A stretch of DNA of 64,000 nt from an uncultured delta proteobacterium (GTDB taxonomy: Bacteria > Desulfobacterota > WTBG01 > CAIYCZ01 > CAIRTM01), in assembly GCA_963804955.1 (NCBI GenBank), contig CAWDSQ010000020.1, positions 224,001 through 288,000 on the forward strand. Reading direction: 5' to 3'. Shown here one piece after another: positions 32,836 to 42,939 of the stretch; within the stretch, counting starts at the first letter, position 1, and each line of letters starts with the position of its first letter. The position numbers and the translations under genes are program-made. The notes below the pieces were generated by a model. It ran no database searches. It saw only the letters and a program-made list of their open reading frames with translations, and had not been told where the DNA came from.

Positions 32836-33501
32836 TTAGTGTTTACCGTGTGCGGCCATCATTTTAGGCAGAATTTCAGCAGCTTCCATTTGCGTGATGC
32901 CGAGGCCACAGGCAAAATAAGCAGCAAGAAAGCCGATGCCAACCAACAGTACAAAATAACGCCGCTTGCCGATAACCCCTGTGCGCTTTGCGAACATCCA
33001 GAGCGCCAGCATATAAAAGACACAAAACATCTGTATCTGGCCACGGGGAGAATCAACAGCGCTTTTGGTGAGGGACTCTATTGTCTCACCTCCGCCGAGG
33101 GTCTCAAGCAGCGTATTGGTAACATGCGACAGCGTGCCGTTCATGACTGCAAGGGGAATCAGGGTAATCGATGTAAACCTGAGGGAATCGATATATTTGC
33201 GGTCGCCCAGCACAAGGTGCATGACTGCGCCAAGAATAAGTATAACCAGAAAGCCGACCAGAGCGCCTGAGCAGGTCGAAAACAGGCGCTCAAGTGCGGC
33301 GCTGTCGGTCACCATAAGGCCTTTCATCTTCTCGGCCATATTGATGAGAAAAGATGGAAATATTGCGCGATAGAGGTCCACGGTCTGTACATTTGCTATG
33401 CCCCAGGCTTTGCCGAACATATACCCCGGAATAAAAATTTCCAGAATACGGGCCCATTTGGCAAGTGGAGTAATATATCTTTCTTCCAGTATCTCTGCCA
33501 T
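32836..33501 (-). CDS. Hypothetical integral membrane protein
   Basis: Intact 221-aa ORF, AAGGAG RBS, 4-5 hydrophobic segments. Confidence 0.7.
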   Translation of the reverse strand: MAEILEERYITPLAKWARILEIFIPGYMFGKAWGIANVQTVDLYRAIFPSFLINMAEKMKGLMVTDSAALERLFSTCSGALVGFLVILILGAVMHLVLGDRKYIDSLRFTSITLIPLAVMNGTLSHVTNTLLETLGGGETIESLTKSAVDSPRGQIQMFCVFYMLALWMFAKRTGVIGKRRYFVLLVGIGFLAAYFACGLGITQMEAAEILPKMMAAHGKH

Positions 33502-33539
33502 ATACGCTCTCCTTATTGACTAAGTTATATATGCGTGAG

Positions 33540-34799
33540 TTAGTCTTCTTTTTTGACCATTTTCAAATACTGACGATACAGTACATATCTGCCGTTTTCA
33601 TTTTTCTTAGCAATGCCCATATCGCGCAGGGGCTTAAGATCTGCTTCAGAGAGCATACTGCGGTCAAGCACGGCCTGGAACTCATCTACGGTAATAAGGC
33701 CGCGGGTAGCTAAAAACTCAAGGCCCTTGCCGTCAACCATGCCAAAGTTTACAAGTTTCTTGAGCTTGGCCATGGGTAAAATCCCGTGGTCGTACATATA
33801 CTTAAAATCACTCGCCTTGAGCATCCGCTTGGCAGCCATATAGTCAAACAACCGCTCGAGATTAGCCTGGTCTTGCTTTCAGTTCTTCAATTTCGTGGCC
33901 AAGGTGGGCTGCTTCATATTTTACATAAAAAGTCTGCGGCTCTTTCCACTGGCCGCTCATAAGAATAAGCGCGAAAACAATATAAAAAATGCAGCCCAGT
34001 ATCGTTTTTCTTTCAAGTGACTCCGTTTTCTTGGCTGCACGCAATATCATATAGGTTGCAATGAGTGATCCCATCAGCACCATGGTGCTCATGCCGGCCA
34101 TTTTCTGCAGCGGGTCAGCAAAGGCAAGTACATCCCGGAAATTTATAAGTGTCGAACCGGCAAGGCCAAGGATGATCAGGACACCCAGTATTGCCTTAAT
34201 CGGCTTTCTGTACCTTAAACAGGTTCCAAGCATATGTCAGGCAAACTGCCAGGAGTGCAAGAATAGCAATTGCAAGCAAGCCGCCGATGTAGAGAAACTT
34301 GTCACTGGACATGCTTGAATAATTGTCCATGTAAAGCTCAAAGCTCCAGATGGACAGGAAGGTCATGAAAAAAACGCAGACGGATTTTTTCAGAGCGCCG
34401 GTTCGCCACATGATATGCAGCAAAGCCCAGCCGGAAAGAACATAAAAATAAGCCCCAAGGGCTTTAATGTTAAAATCGCTGAACTGGGTAATAGTGCCTT
34501 TATCAACAGGTATATTGGACACCTCGCCAATCAGCGGCCAGGCAAACATAGCTGCAAAAAAGCCGTACAGATAGCCTTTAGCCTCATTCTCTTCAATGCA
34601 GCAGCGGTAAAAAAGCGCAGCCAAGTATTAGCGCAAGTATCGGAACATAATACAGATTATAGTTGACAACAGGATTTTCCCACATGCGAAGCGGCGACAT
34701 GGTGAAGACCGAAATCAGGAATACCCCCTGACCTGCCAGAGCTATCCAAATGGTTCGCCACATCGGTTTGAAGAAGTTTTTGATTCTAGCTAGCATCAA
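33540..34799 (-). CDS. Hypothetical polytopic membrane protein with C-terminal 14-aa tandem repeats (about 3 frameshifts)
   Basis: ORFs 34593-34799, 34196-34624, 33862-34233 and 33540-33851 abut or overlap with continuous protein-like sequence; clear RBS (AAGGAGAGG) only before the first. Confidence 0.6.
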
Positions 34800-34875
34800 T
34801 CCTCTCCTTAAAGTTAGGGTTTCTAAAAGTAAAAAATTTTTTTTATTTTGCGCACGGATAATTAGTTACATAAAC

Positions 34876-34904
34876 GGTATAATGGAGATGCTTTAGTGTG
34901 TCAA
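34876..34904 (-). promoter_or_regulatory. Sigma70-type promoter for the membrane protein operon
   Basis: TTGACA-N17-TATACC on the minus strand. Confidence 0.5.
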
Positions 34905-34959
34905 GATTTTTCACGGTAAAGATAAAATAATTGACAGTACAGGCTGGGTAGTGATTTAT

Positions 34960-36078
34960 TTATTCAAACAGAAATGACCGGTCAAAATCCTTCCACACAG
35001 GCTCAAGATTTTTGCCTGCAAGCATGGCTGCAACTTCCGCAGGCGTTCGATTGTCGGCTATCTGAAACTGTTCGAGAGAGTCCTCCTCAAGGCTGTAGCC
35101 GCCGGGGTTGGTTTTTGAACCCGCGCTCATGCGCGTTATGCCGACATCGGCCATGCCGTCACGAAATGCCGCCCTCTCCCGGGTTGAAAGCACAAGATCG
35201 GCATCAGGCAGGACCATGCGCGAAGGGCAAACACGGTCTGGGCCAGTTCCCTGTCGGAAACCAGATAGGAAGGGATAAACGAACCGGCTGCAGCACGAAT
35301 GCGCGGAAATGATATGGAAATCTGCGATTTCCAGAACTGTTTCATCAGATAGGCGGCATGAAGGGCAACGCAGGTCATATCAACCCTGAAATCAGTAAGG
35401 CCCATGAGGGCGCCAATCCCAAGATCACGCAAGCCTGCCTGCCCTGCCCGCTCAATGGCGGCAAGGCGATAGTCATAATCAGCCTTTGGGCCTGCATGCA
35501 GGGTTTTATAGATTGCGCGATCATAGGTTTCCTGATAAATGGCAATGCCGGTAACACCGGCCGCGGCCAGGGCACGGTATGACTCACTGTCCATGGGATA
35601 GATTTCAATTGAAATACCGGCAAACAGCTGCGTCAGCTCACGCACAATATCCGTCAAGATAGTCAAGAGTCACTTTGTTCTGTGCTTCTCCGGACACCAG
35701 CAGCAGATGCCGGAACCCCAGCCGGTGAATAGCCTCCGCCTCCCGAAGGACTTCGTCTCTTGAGAGGGTCACGCGGGCAAGCTTGTTGTGAACATTAAAT
35801 CCGCAATAGAGGCAGGCATTGACGCATTCATTGGATACATACAGCGGGGCATAAAGCTTCATTACCCGAGCCAAAACGAAGGCGGGTGATTTTTCGGGAC
35901 AGAGCTGCCATGCGCTCAAGACTGCGAAGCCGCAGCCGGGGATATCAAGCACGGGAAAATCATCAACGGTCAGATTGCTTTTAGCAAGAACCCGCTGTAC
36001 ATCCCTGCTCGGTAACGGCATAGATCCGGTGTTTCAACTGCTCAAGATCAAGCGCGGCAAGGTTTCTAGAAATGACAT
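34960..36078 (-). CDS. thiH: 2-iminoacetate synthase ThiH (frameshifted)
   Basis: YAPLYVSNECVNACLYCGF, YQETY, SAGSKTNPGGY, PVWKDFD; follows thiG. Confidence 0.9.
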
Positions 36079-36081
36079 ACT

Positions 36082-36846
36082 TTATTCCAGAAAACCGGTT
36101 AAGCGGGCTTGAGGCAGATGCCGCTCCTGCTGGTCTATCGGGCCGGCATCAAGTGCTGCAATTGCGCTCTCCACAGCAAGCCTGAATGCATGGGACATTT
36201 TGACCGGATCCTGCGCAACGGCAATCGCGGTATTAACGAGCACTGCATCGGCGCCCATTTCAATAGCCTGTGCGGCATGCGAGGGAAGGCCGAGTCCCGC
36301 ATCGACAACCACCGGCACCGTGGCCTGCTCAATAATAATTTTTATAAACTCTTCAGTTTTAATTCCCCGGGCTGAGCCGATAGGCGATCCCAGGGGCATA
36401 ACCGCTGCGCAGCCGACTTCTTCAAGCCGCTTAGCCAGTGTCGGATCGGCATGCATATAGGGTAGAACGATAAAGCCTTCTTTTACCAGAATCTCAGCAG
36501 CTTTCAGCGTATCGACCGGGTCCGGCAGCAGATACACCGGGTCCGGCGTTACCTCGAGCTTTATCCAGGTAAGGCCTGATGCTGCCCGCGAAAGGCGGGC
36601 AAGCCGCACAGCCTCATCGGCGTTTTTGGCGCCTGATGTATTGGGAACAACCAAATATTTGCTGAAATCGATTGCCGAAAGCGTGGGATCAGGCTCTGAA
36701 AAATTCACACGGCGGAGCGCCACGGTAACAAGTTCGCAACCTGAAGCATCAAGAGATTCTGCCAGAACCCGTGGCGACGGGTACTTGCCCGTTCCAACAA
36801 AAAGTCTCGACTTCAGCTGTCGACCGGCAATAATAAGCGGCTTCAC
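36082..36846 (-). CDS. thiG: Thiazole synthase ThiG
   Basis: [43 protein letters not shown]. Confidence 0.95.
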   Translation of the reverse strand: MKPLIIAGRQLKSRLFVGTGKYPSPRVLAESLDASGCELVTVALRRVNFSEPDPTLSAIDFSKYLVVPNTSGAKNADEAVRLARLSRAASGLTWIKLEVTPDPVYLLPDPVDTLKAAEILVKEGFIVLPYMHADPTLAKRLEEVGCAAVMPLGSPIGSARGIKTEEFIKIIIEQATVPVVVDAGLGLPSHAAQAIEMGADAVLVNTAIAVAQDPVKMSHAFRLAVESAIAALDAGPIDQQERHLPQARLTGFLE

Positions 36847-36847
36847 T

Positions 36848-37052
36848 TCAACCACCTCCAACAAAAGATACTATTTCAATTTTATCCCCATCGCACACCG
36901 GGGTCTTATCAAACAATCCAGGGTCAACGACATCATCATTGAGTTCAACAGCGGCGCGCACCCAGGGAACATTGAAATAATCAAGCACCTGACCGATATT
37001 GTTCAAGTGGCTGAGCAAGAATGTGCTCCTGTCCGTTAACCTGAATTTTCAT
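36848..37052 (-). CDS. thiS: Sulfur carrier ThiS (1-nt frameshift; absent from the ORF track)
   Basis: Manual translation MKIQVNGQ...AVELND...[13 protein letters not shown]. Confidence 0.85.
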
Positions 37053-37855
37053 ATTTCTTCTCCCGCAAGAAGCCGTATTATTACATGAGACTGCATGGAG
37101 GCGGCAATCCCGACTCGGGATGCAAAAAGGCCATTGCCGTCGGCCATGTCGCTGACCAAATCACCGACAAGATACACTCTGCTGAAAATTTTACGCACTG
37201 AGATACTAGCACCATCTCCAATGCCGGCAAGACCCGATGCAGCTACAATTTTTGCCTGCGGCACATGTTTAAGAAAGCCTGATACTATGGACGCTTTTTC
37301 CGAAGCGCTGTCAAGACATTCCGCCACAATGGCGCAACCGCGAAAAAGATCGCCGGCATTATCAAATGTTATGCGCTCCTGGTGTGCGACAACGGTTACA
37401 AAAGGGTTGAAGCTTCGAATGTTATCGGCAAGCGCCTGCACCTTAGGCAGGCCGAGCTGCGCCAGACAATACCTCTGACGATTAAGATTTGAAGGTTCAA
37501 CAACATCAAAATCAGCAATAACCAGCTTTCCGACACCGCTGCGGGCAAGGTTTTCGGCAACCACGCTGCCAAGGCCGCCTGCGCCCGCTATGCCCACACA
37601 GGCTGCCTTCAGCCGGCTGGTAATAGCTTCGGGCTGCCGTGCAAGAATGAGCGCTTCAAGCTCGTGCTGTTCAGACAGATTGCCTTTTTTAAAAAAGGAC
37701 ACGTGATCGCCTTCGCAGATCGCCGTCGACATGTCGGAAACCGGCATACTATTGACAATCACGACATCGGCTGATGGGCAATACTGCTGCAGCACATGAC
37801 CGACAAGCGGACTGCCGGCGATATCACACTGACTGCCGTTTATATATACTTTCAC
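37049..37855 (-). CDS. thiF: ThiS adenylyltransferase ThiF with N-terminal ubiquitin-like domain
   Basis: GAGGLGS, DFDVVEPSNLNRQ, AASG; N-terminus VKVYING..VIVN..EGD. Confidence 0.88.
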   Translation of the reverse strand: MKVYINGSQCDIAGSPLVGHVLQQYCPSADVVIVNSMPVSDMSTAICEGDHVSFFKKGNLSEQHELEALILARQPEAITSRLKAACVGIAGAGGLGSVVAENLARSGVGKLVIADFDVVEPSNLNRQRYCLAQLGLPKVQALADNIRSFNPFVTVVAHQERITFDNAGDLFRGCAIVAECLDSASEKASIVSGFLKHVPQAKIVAASGLAGIGDGASISVRKIFSRVYLVGDLVSDMADGNGLFASRVGIAASMQSHVIIRLLAGEEI

Positions 37856-37862
37856 AGCTGCA

Positions 37863-38423
37863 TTACCCGCCGCTGCCATTGAAAAAAAATGTGATTCCGG
37901 CAGCGGAAAAATCGCATCTGAAATCCTCTGCAAGCGTCTTTATGCGCTCAGCTGTCATGCCTCCCAAAAGAACTATTCTCTCTCCATGCAGGGCAATAAG
38001 CTTGCGCAGATCAGCATGCGGGAAGAGCGGCCTTTCATCATGCTTGGACAGGGGCTCATAAACGGGCGAAACATAGACATAATCCGCCCCTGCATTCAAG
38101 GCAAACCGCGCTTCAACCTTGCTATGTGTTGAAACCGTTATCGACTCGGTTGCTGTGGAGCCAGCCGCTGATCAAGAAGGTTTAATTCATTGCTTTTAAA
38201 ATGCACGCCGCAGTTGCCCGGCTTGTCACGCTTGTAGACTGTATAGGGAACGATAGGAACGATGCCGGCAAACGACTGCAGCATCAATCAGCAGACGGAT
38301 ATCCCGGCTTGAACCTGACAGGCGAAGATAGAGATGTGTGGCACCTCGATTCTGAATTTCGGGCAATCGTGCAACCAACTGATCTTTACTGATATTGTCC
38401 GGAGTAATTGCGAAATGCTTCAT
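37863..38423 (-). CDS. thiE: Thiamine phosphate synthase ThiE/TenI-like protein (frameshifted)
   Basis: GVHF, VSTH, GADYVYVSPVY, LGGMT; heads the thi operon. Confidence 0.65.
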
Positions 38424-38618
38424 CTAGTCTTATCCCTGAAAAAAACAGGGCAATGAGAGGCGATATTGTGTGCGGCCGCATACAATAAAAAAAAACGGTG
38501 TCCAGGTCAACTGAAATGGTGGTATGGGCGATAGTCTCACCATGCGGCTGATGTTCGTTCTGCCATGCCCTGCGGTACAGCTGGAGATGCGGCAGGAAAA
38601 AGCCCGGATCCGGTGCGG

Positions 38619-39000
38619 TCAAGCAGCTCCGCCGCCTTTAATAAGCGCCAATTTTCTGCGCACAGGTCTGCCGGAACCTTCATTAACCGCATTCTTTTCA
38701 CGGGTCGGGGCGCCGGCCAAAACATCAACGGCAACAACAAAATGCTCAGCACCGTTTATGGTAAATATATCACCGCTCATCTGAGGTATGCGCAATATCC
38801 AGGTTATTTCAACGGGGGGCAGAATTAAGAAGTTTAAACTTAAGTTGATACCAGTTTTTTTTGTCATCAGGCTCAATACTCTCAACCAAACCGTAAAAAA
38901 CTCCTGATGGCATCCCCACAAGAATAAGATCGCCAGGGGCTGTTGTCGGCTTAACATGCATGTAGCCCCGCAAGGTCTGCAGTGCTTTGGGTATATCCAT
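38619..39000 (-). CDS. Hypothetical protein (frameshift ~38825)
   Basis: ORFs 38809-39000 and 38619-38957 join (GDLILVG..IEPD.KKNWY...PPVEITWILR); AAGGTGG RBS. Confidence 0.6.
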
Positions 39001-39235
39001 GGACCACCTTCGTGTGAATTTCCGGTTCCTACTCTACTCGTTCCGTTCTAAAAAATCAACTATGGATGTCCTGTGCGTAAAATTATTTTACGAATAACTA
39101 TTTCAACGTCAACCATCTGATGATAGTGCGCTCGAATTATGTACTAATCAATATCCAATCTAAAAAAAATATCAAGCCAATTTTTCTTTAATCTTTACTT
39201 TTTCTTTTACACTACTATCATGAAAATACTTTTTC

Positions 39236-39888
39236 ATGCTAAACTTAAAGAAAGGTGCGCGCATGCTTATGCTGATAAAAGTTCCCCGGGGGAGCATTGA
39301 GGAGGAAATGGATGCGGTAGGCCGTGACCTTGAAACACAGCACTCTCCGGCCTATGTTCCGCATCTTTTTTTAAAGCTCGGTTTGGAGACCATCAGGATT
39401 GCAGAAAAAACCTTCAACCTTGACTGCGGCCCGACAATTGGAAGTGATGCGGCCATCCATTGCACGCAGCAGGCAGCGGATGATGAACGTTTCATAGCCG
39501 GATTAGCAGGATATGCTTGAAGCGGTTTACACCACTGTGTCCGCCTGCGCCCGTCAGCATGAAGGAATTGTTTCTCAGGAATCATTGAGCTCATTGCTGC
39601 CGGATAGAGCAGCTTTTCTTCAGCGGGAGCTTGCAGATATTGATCTGGCCTTGTTGATAAAAAACTTTTTCACAAGCACCGTTCGCCACAGCGGAAATTA
39701 CATCTGCCGCACTTAAATTGTTCATAATCAAAAACAGCAGGGAGCCGGAGTTGGAAAAGTTCTGCGCCTGGGTCGTGCAGCATGAAAAAATCCCCAATTT
39801 TCGCGTCTATGAAGTAATTGCAGAATATCTGCAAACATACCGGACGGGCATTGCTCAGCTTAAAAAAACCCGTGGACGGATACAATAA
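39236..39888 (+). CDS. Hypothetical protein (frameshifted)
   Basis: Three consecutive overlapping reading frames with protein-like composition. Confidence 0.4.
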
Positions 39889-39975
39889 AACAGTGGCTGC
39901 TGTATAAGCTGAAAAGCAAGTTTCAATTGTGATTTCACTATAAAAAGACTGAAACCATTACATGAGGAGAACAGC

Positions 39976-41353
39976 ATGAAAAATATTTTTTTTATATTTT
40001 GCTCAATCTGCGCTTTTGTCTGGACATTTCCCTTCGGCAATTTCGCTGCCGCTTCAATTCTCATAGATCATACATCCACGGATCTGTCCAAAATTCCCGA
40101 CCAGTAGATTACACAGGCAAAATCAAACCTTCATATCGCCTATCAGCACACCTCCCACGGCAGCCAGCTCATTACCGGCATGAATGCACTGCAAAGCTAT
40201 CCGGACTATCGGAACAAAATACAGCTGGACCGATGAGGGCACGGCAGGCACGCTTGATCTTGATGATTACGGCATTCCGCGGCTGCGATGATTTAGCACG
40301 GGAGACACTATCGACGTGTGGGGTAACCCCCTGGGTAACCGCAACTCGCACGCTGCTCAACAACCCGGCAAACAGCCATATCAATGTCATCGTCTGGTCA
40401 TGGTGCAGCATCAACGGTCATGATGCCCAGCGCTATGTCGATAATATGGAAATTCTTATCGCTCAGTATCCGGCTAAAAAATTTGTTTTCATGACCGGCC
40501 ATGCCGAAGGCCAGGGTTTAGATACATTACTCCCAATTCCGTCCACTACAATAATCAGCTTATTCGAAATCACTGTGCAACCCATGACCGGATACTGTTT
40601 GATTTTGCCGATATCGAAGCCTACAACCCCGACGGCACGTACTTCTGGGATAAAGACATGTATGATAATCTTAATTACACCGGCGGCAACTGGGCTGTTG
40701 AGTGGATTGCGGCAAACCCGACTCATGAACTGACAAAACTCACGACCGGCACAACAGGCTACAGCGGCTGCACGGGCTGCGCCCACTCAGACAGCCCGAC
40801 ACAGGCAAATCTCAACTGCGTTCTGAAAGGCCGGGCTGCCTGGTGGCTGTGGGCGCGCTTGCGGGCTGGAGCGGCCCGGACGGAGACTTCCACCACGACA
40901 CTCCACGGTACCACAACTACAATAACGGGTGGCTCAACAACAACTACAACTGTCAGAAGATTCCCCTGCCCGGCTGCACAAATACTGGGAGATGACCGTC
41001 AGTCACTTTCCGCCCTGCGGGAGTTCAGAGACACTCGACTTGCCCCCACAATCAACGGCCGCCTGTTTATCATTCTCTATTATATGCATGCACACGAACT
41101 GACATCGCTGCTTGAAAATAACGATACTTTGCGTGATGAAGCACGGGAATTACTTGCCGATATCCTGCAGCGCCTGTCAGCATGCCGCTACGGAACATGC
41201 TCAGCAGCTCTTTCTGAAGATACATTAAATCGCATCGATAGCCTGATTGATGAAATTGAGCCTCTAGCTTCACTGCGCCTGCGCATGAGCATGGCTTTTG
41301 TGCAGCACAAGATTCACTCAGGCGAGTTGCTGCGAAGTTTAAGTGCAGAATAA
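39976..41353 (+). CDS. Secreted protein with Thr-rich linker and C-terminal C..LRxFRD (CFI-box-CTERM-like) domain (frameshifts, one in-frame TAG)
   Basis: GAGGAG RBS, signal peptide, IDHTSTDLSKIP..HTSHGSQL, VWSWC, FVFMTGH, LFDFADIE, AAWWLWARL, poly-Thr, CPAAQILG..LREFRD..L..FIILYY. Confidence 0.65.
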
Positions 41354-41356
41354 AAC

Positions 41357-41386
41357 AAAGGGCGGATGCACCGCATCCGTCCCTTT
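41357..41386. terminator. Intrinsic terminator
   Basis: AAAGGGCGGATGC-ACC-GCATCCGTCCCTTT. Confidence 0.7.
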
Positions 41387-41622
41387 AAAATTGCAGTATA
41401 GAGGATATAATTCACTTAGTTTTTCCAGCATTTCTATTTCAAATTGCCACTTCCATTGACGTTCCTTGCGGTCCAGTATCTCTTGATACACCATGGGAGT
41501 GATTTCTCGTGGGAATCGAGTCAGGATAGTGCATCCGCAAGTAGGACTCTTTGAAAGTACGAATGCTGCATCTGATCAGACTCAAGGATTTTAGCAAGAT
41601 TATTCGTATAACGATCCAGTGA

Positions 41623-42822
41623 CTATTGCAGAACACAGTTCAACTCAAATAAATACATAGACTTAAAGCCTTTAGCTATCAGTTCCCGGAACCTGCCGAA
41701 CAAATACGACGAATCATGCGGGCCCGGCGCGGCTTCGGGATGATACTGAATAGAAAACATGGGCTCAGTTTTGTGCTCTATGCCTTCTGTAGTCTGATCG
41801 TTCAGGTTGATATGCGTCACCTCTATTTTTGAGCGATCCAGAGAATTGATATCAACGGCAAAATTGTGATTCTGCGAGGTTATTTCAACTTTGCCGGTTT
41901 TCAAATCCTTCACCGGCTGATTGCAGCCGTGATGGCCGAATTTCAGACGGTATGTTTTCCCGCCCAATGCAATTCCCATTATCTGATGACCAAGGCAAAT
42001 ACCCATGACAGGAATTTTGCCTATCATAGTTTTCATAGTATCAATAGCATAGGTAACAGCAGCAGGATCAGCCGGGCCATTTGAATAGAATACGCCATCG
42101 GGCTTCATGGCGAGCACCTTGTCTGCAGGAGTTTGCGCCGGCACAACGGTAACATTCATGCCCGCAAGGCGCATGCGCCGCAGTATATTCCACTTAATGC
42201 CAAAGTCATAGGCCACGATCTTTAAATCAGCAGGCGGCAACTCTGCAGCTATCCCCCAGGTATCGGTCAGTTTGCCATCAGGGTCCCATTCATAGGGCGC
42301 TGCACAGGAGACACGGCATGCATAATCCTGCCCGTCTAGGCCTATCCACTCTTTGGCCTTTTTTATCGCCTCCTCCACACCAACCTTCTGTTCAACGGAA
42401 ATATAGCCCCGCAGCGTTCCTGCATCGCGCAGCTTGCTGGTAAGCGCCCGTGTGTCGATGCCGGCAATAGCAGGAATACTGTTCCTTATGAGGAAATCAC
42501 GCAAAGACTGTTCACTGCGCCAGCTGCTGGGCTCATTCATATGGTGTACAATGAAGCCGTTGGCGAAGCAGGTGCGGGATTCCATGTCCTGCATGGACAC
42601 TCCGTAGTTGCCCATCTCGGTATAGGTCATGGTGACGATCTGGCCGCTGTAGGATGGGTCGGAGAGTATTTCCTGGTAGCCCGTCATGCCCGTGTTGAAA
42701 ACAACTTCGCCCAAAGAGTCTTTCAAAGCTCCGACCGAGTGGCCCCGATAGACTGTGCCGTCGGCAAGGGCCAAAAACGCCCTCTTCTCCCGCTTTTCTT
42801 TCCAGTTGTATTTTGTATCCAT
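41623..42822 (-). CDS. carA: Carbamoyl-phosphate synthase small subunit
   Basis: [34 protein letters not shown]. Confidence 0.96.
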   Translation of the reverse strand: MDTKYNWKEKREKRAFLALADGTVYRGHSVGALKDSLGEVVFNTGMTGYQEILSDPSYSGQIVTMTYTEMGNYGVSMQDMESRTCFANGFIVHHMNEPSSWRSEQSLRDFLIRNSIPAIAGIDTRALTSKLRDAGTLRGYISVEQKVGVEEAIKKAKEWIGLDGQDYACRVSCAAPYEWDPDGKLTDTWGIAAELPPADLKIVAYDFGIKWNILRRMRLAGMNVTVVPAQTPADKVLAMKPDGVFYSNGPADPAAVTYAIDTMKTMIGKIPVMGICLGHQIMGIALGGKTYRLKFGHHGCNQPVKDLKTGKVEITSQNHNFAVDINSLDRSKIEVTHINLNDQTTEGIEHKTEPMFSIQYHPEAAPGPHDSSYLFGRFRELIAKGFKSMYLFELNCVLQ

Positions 42823-42939
42823 GATAGTATTCAATTAAATATTTTGATTTTTTAGTGTTGATGCAGCGCAGCGAAACTCACCGTGCGCGGATGGGTTCAC
42901 CATTTTAATTCATGTCTTAGCCCACACAGTATTTCTTTT

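Noticed and set aside
40104..40109. In-frame TAG where Trp is expected (stop-codon recoding or pyrrolysine)
   Set aside because: Single instance in a gene that also has indels; TAG serves as a normal stop elsewhere (e.g. 1272, 12801, 26884); no pyl genes seen.
41400..41660. Possible gene remnant downstream of carA
   Set aside because: Stops interrupt the plausible frames and no family motif is recognisable.
42855..42902. Short GC-rich patch between carB and carA resembling a decayed REP
   Set aside because: Too short and degenerate to support without a genome-wide search.
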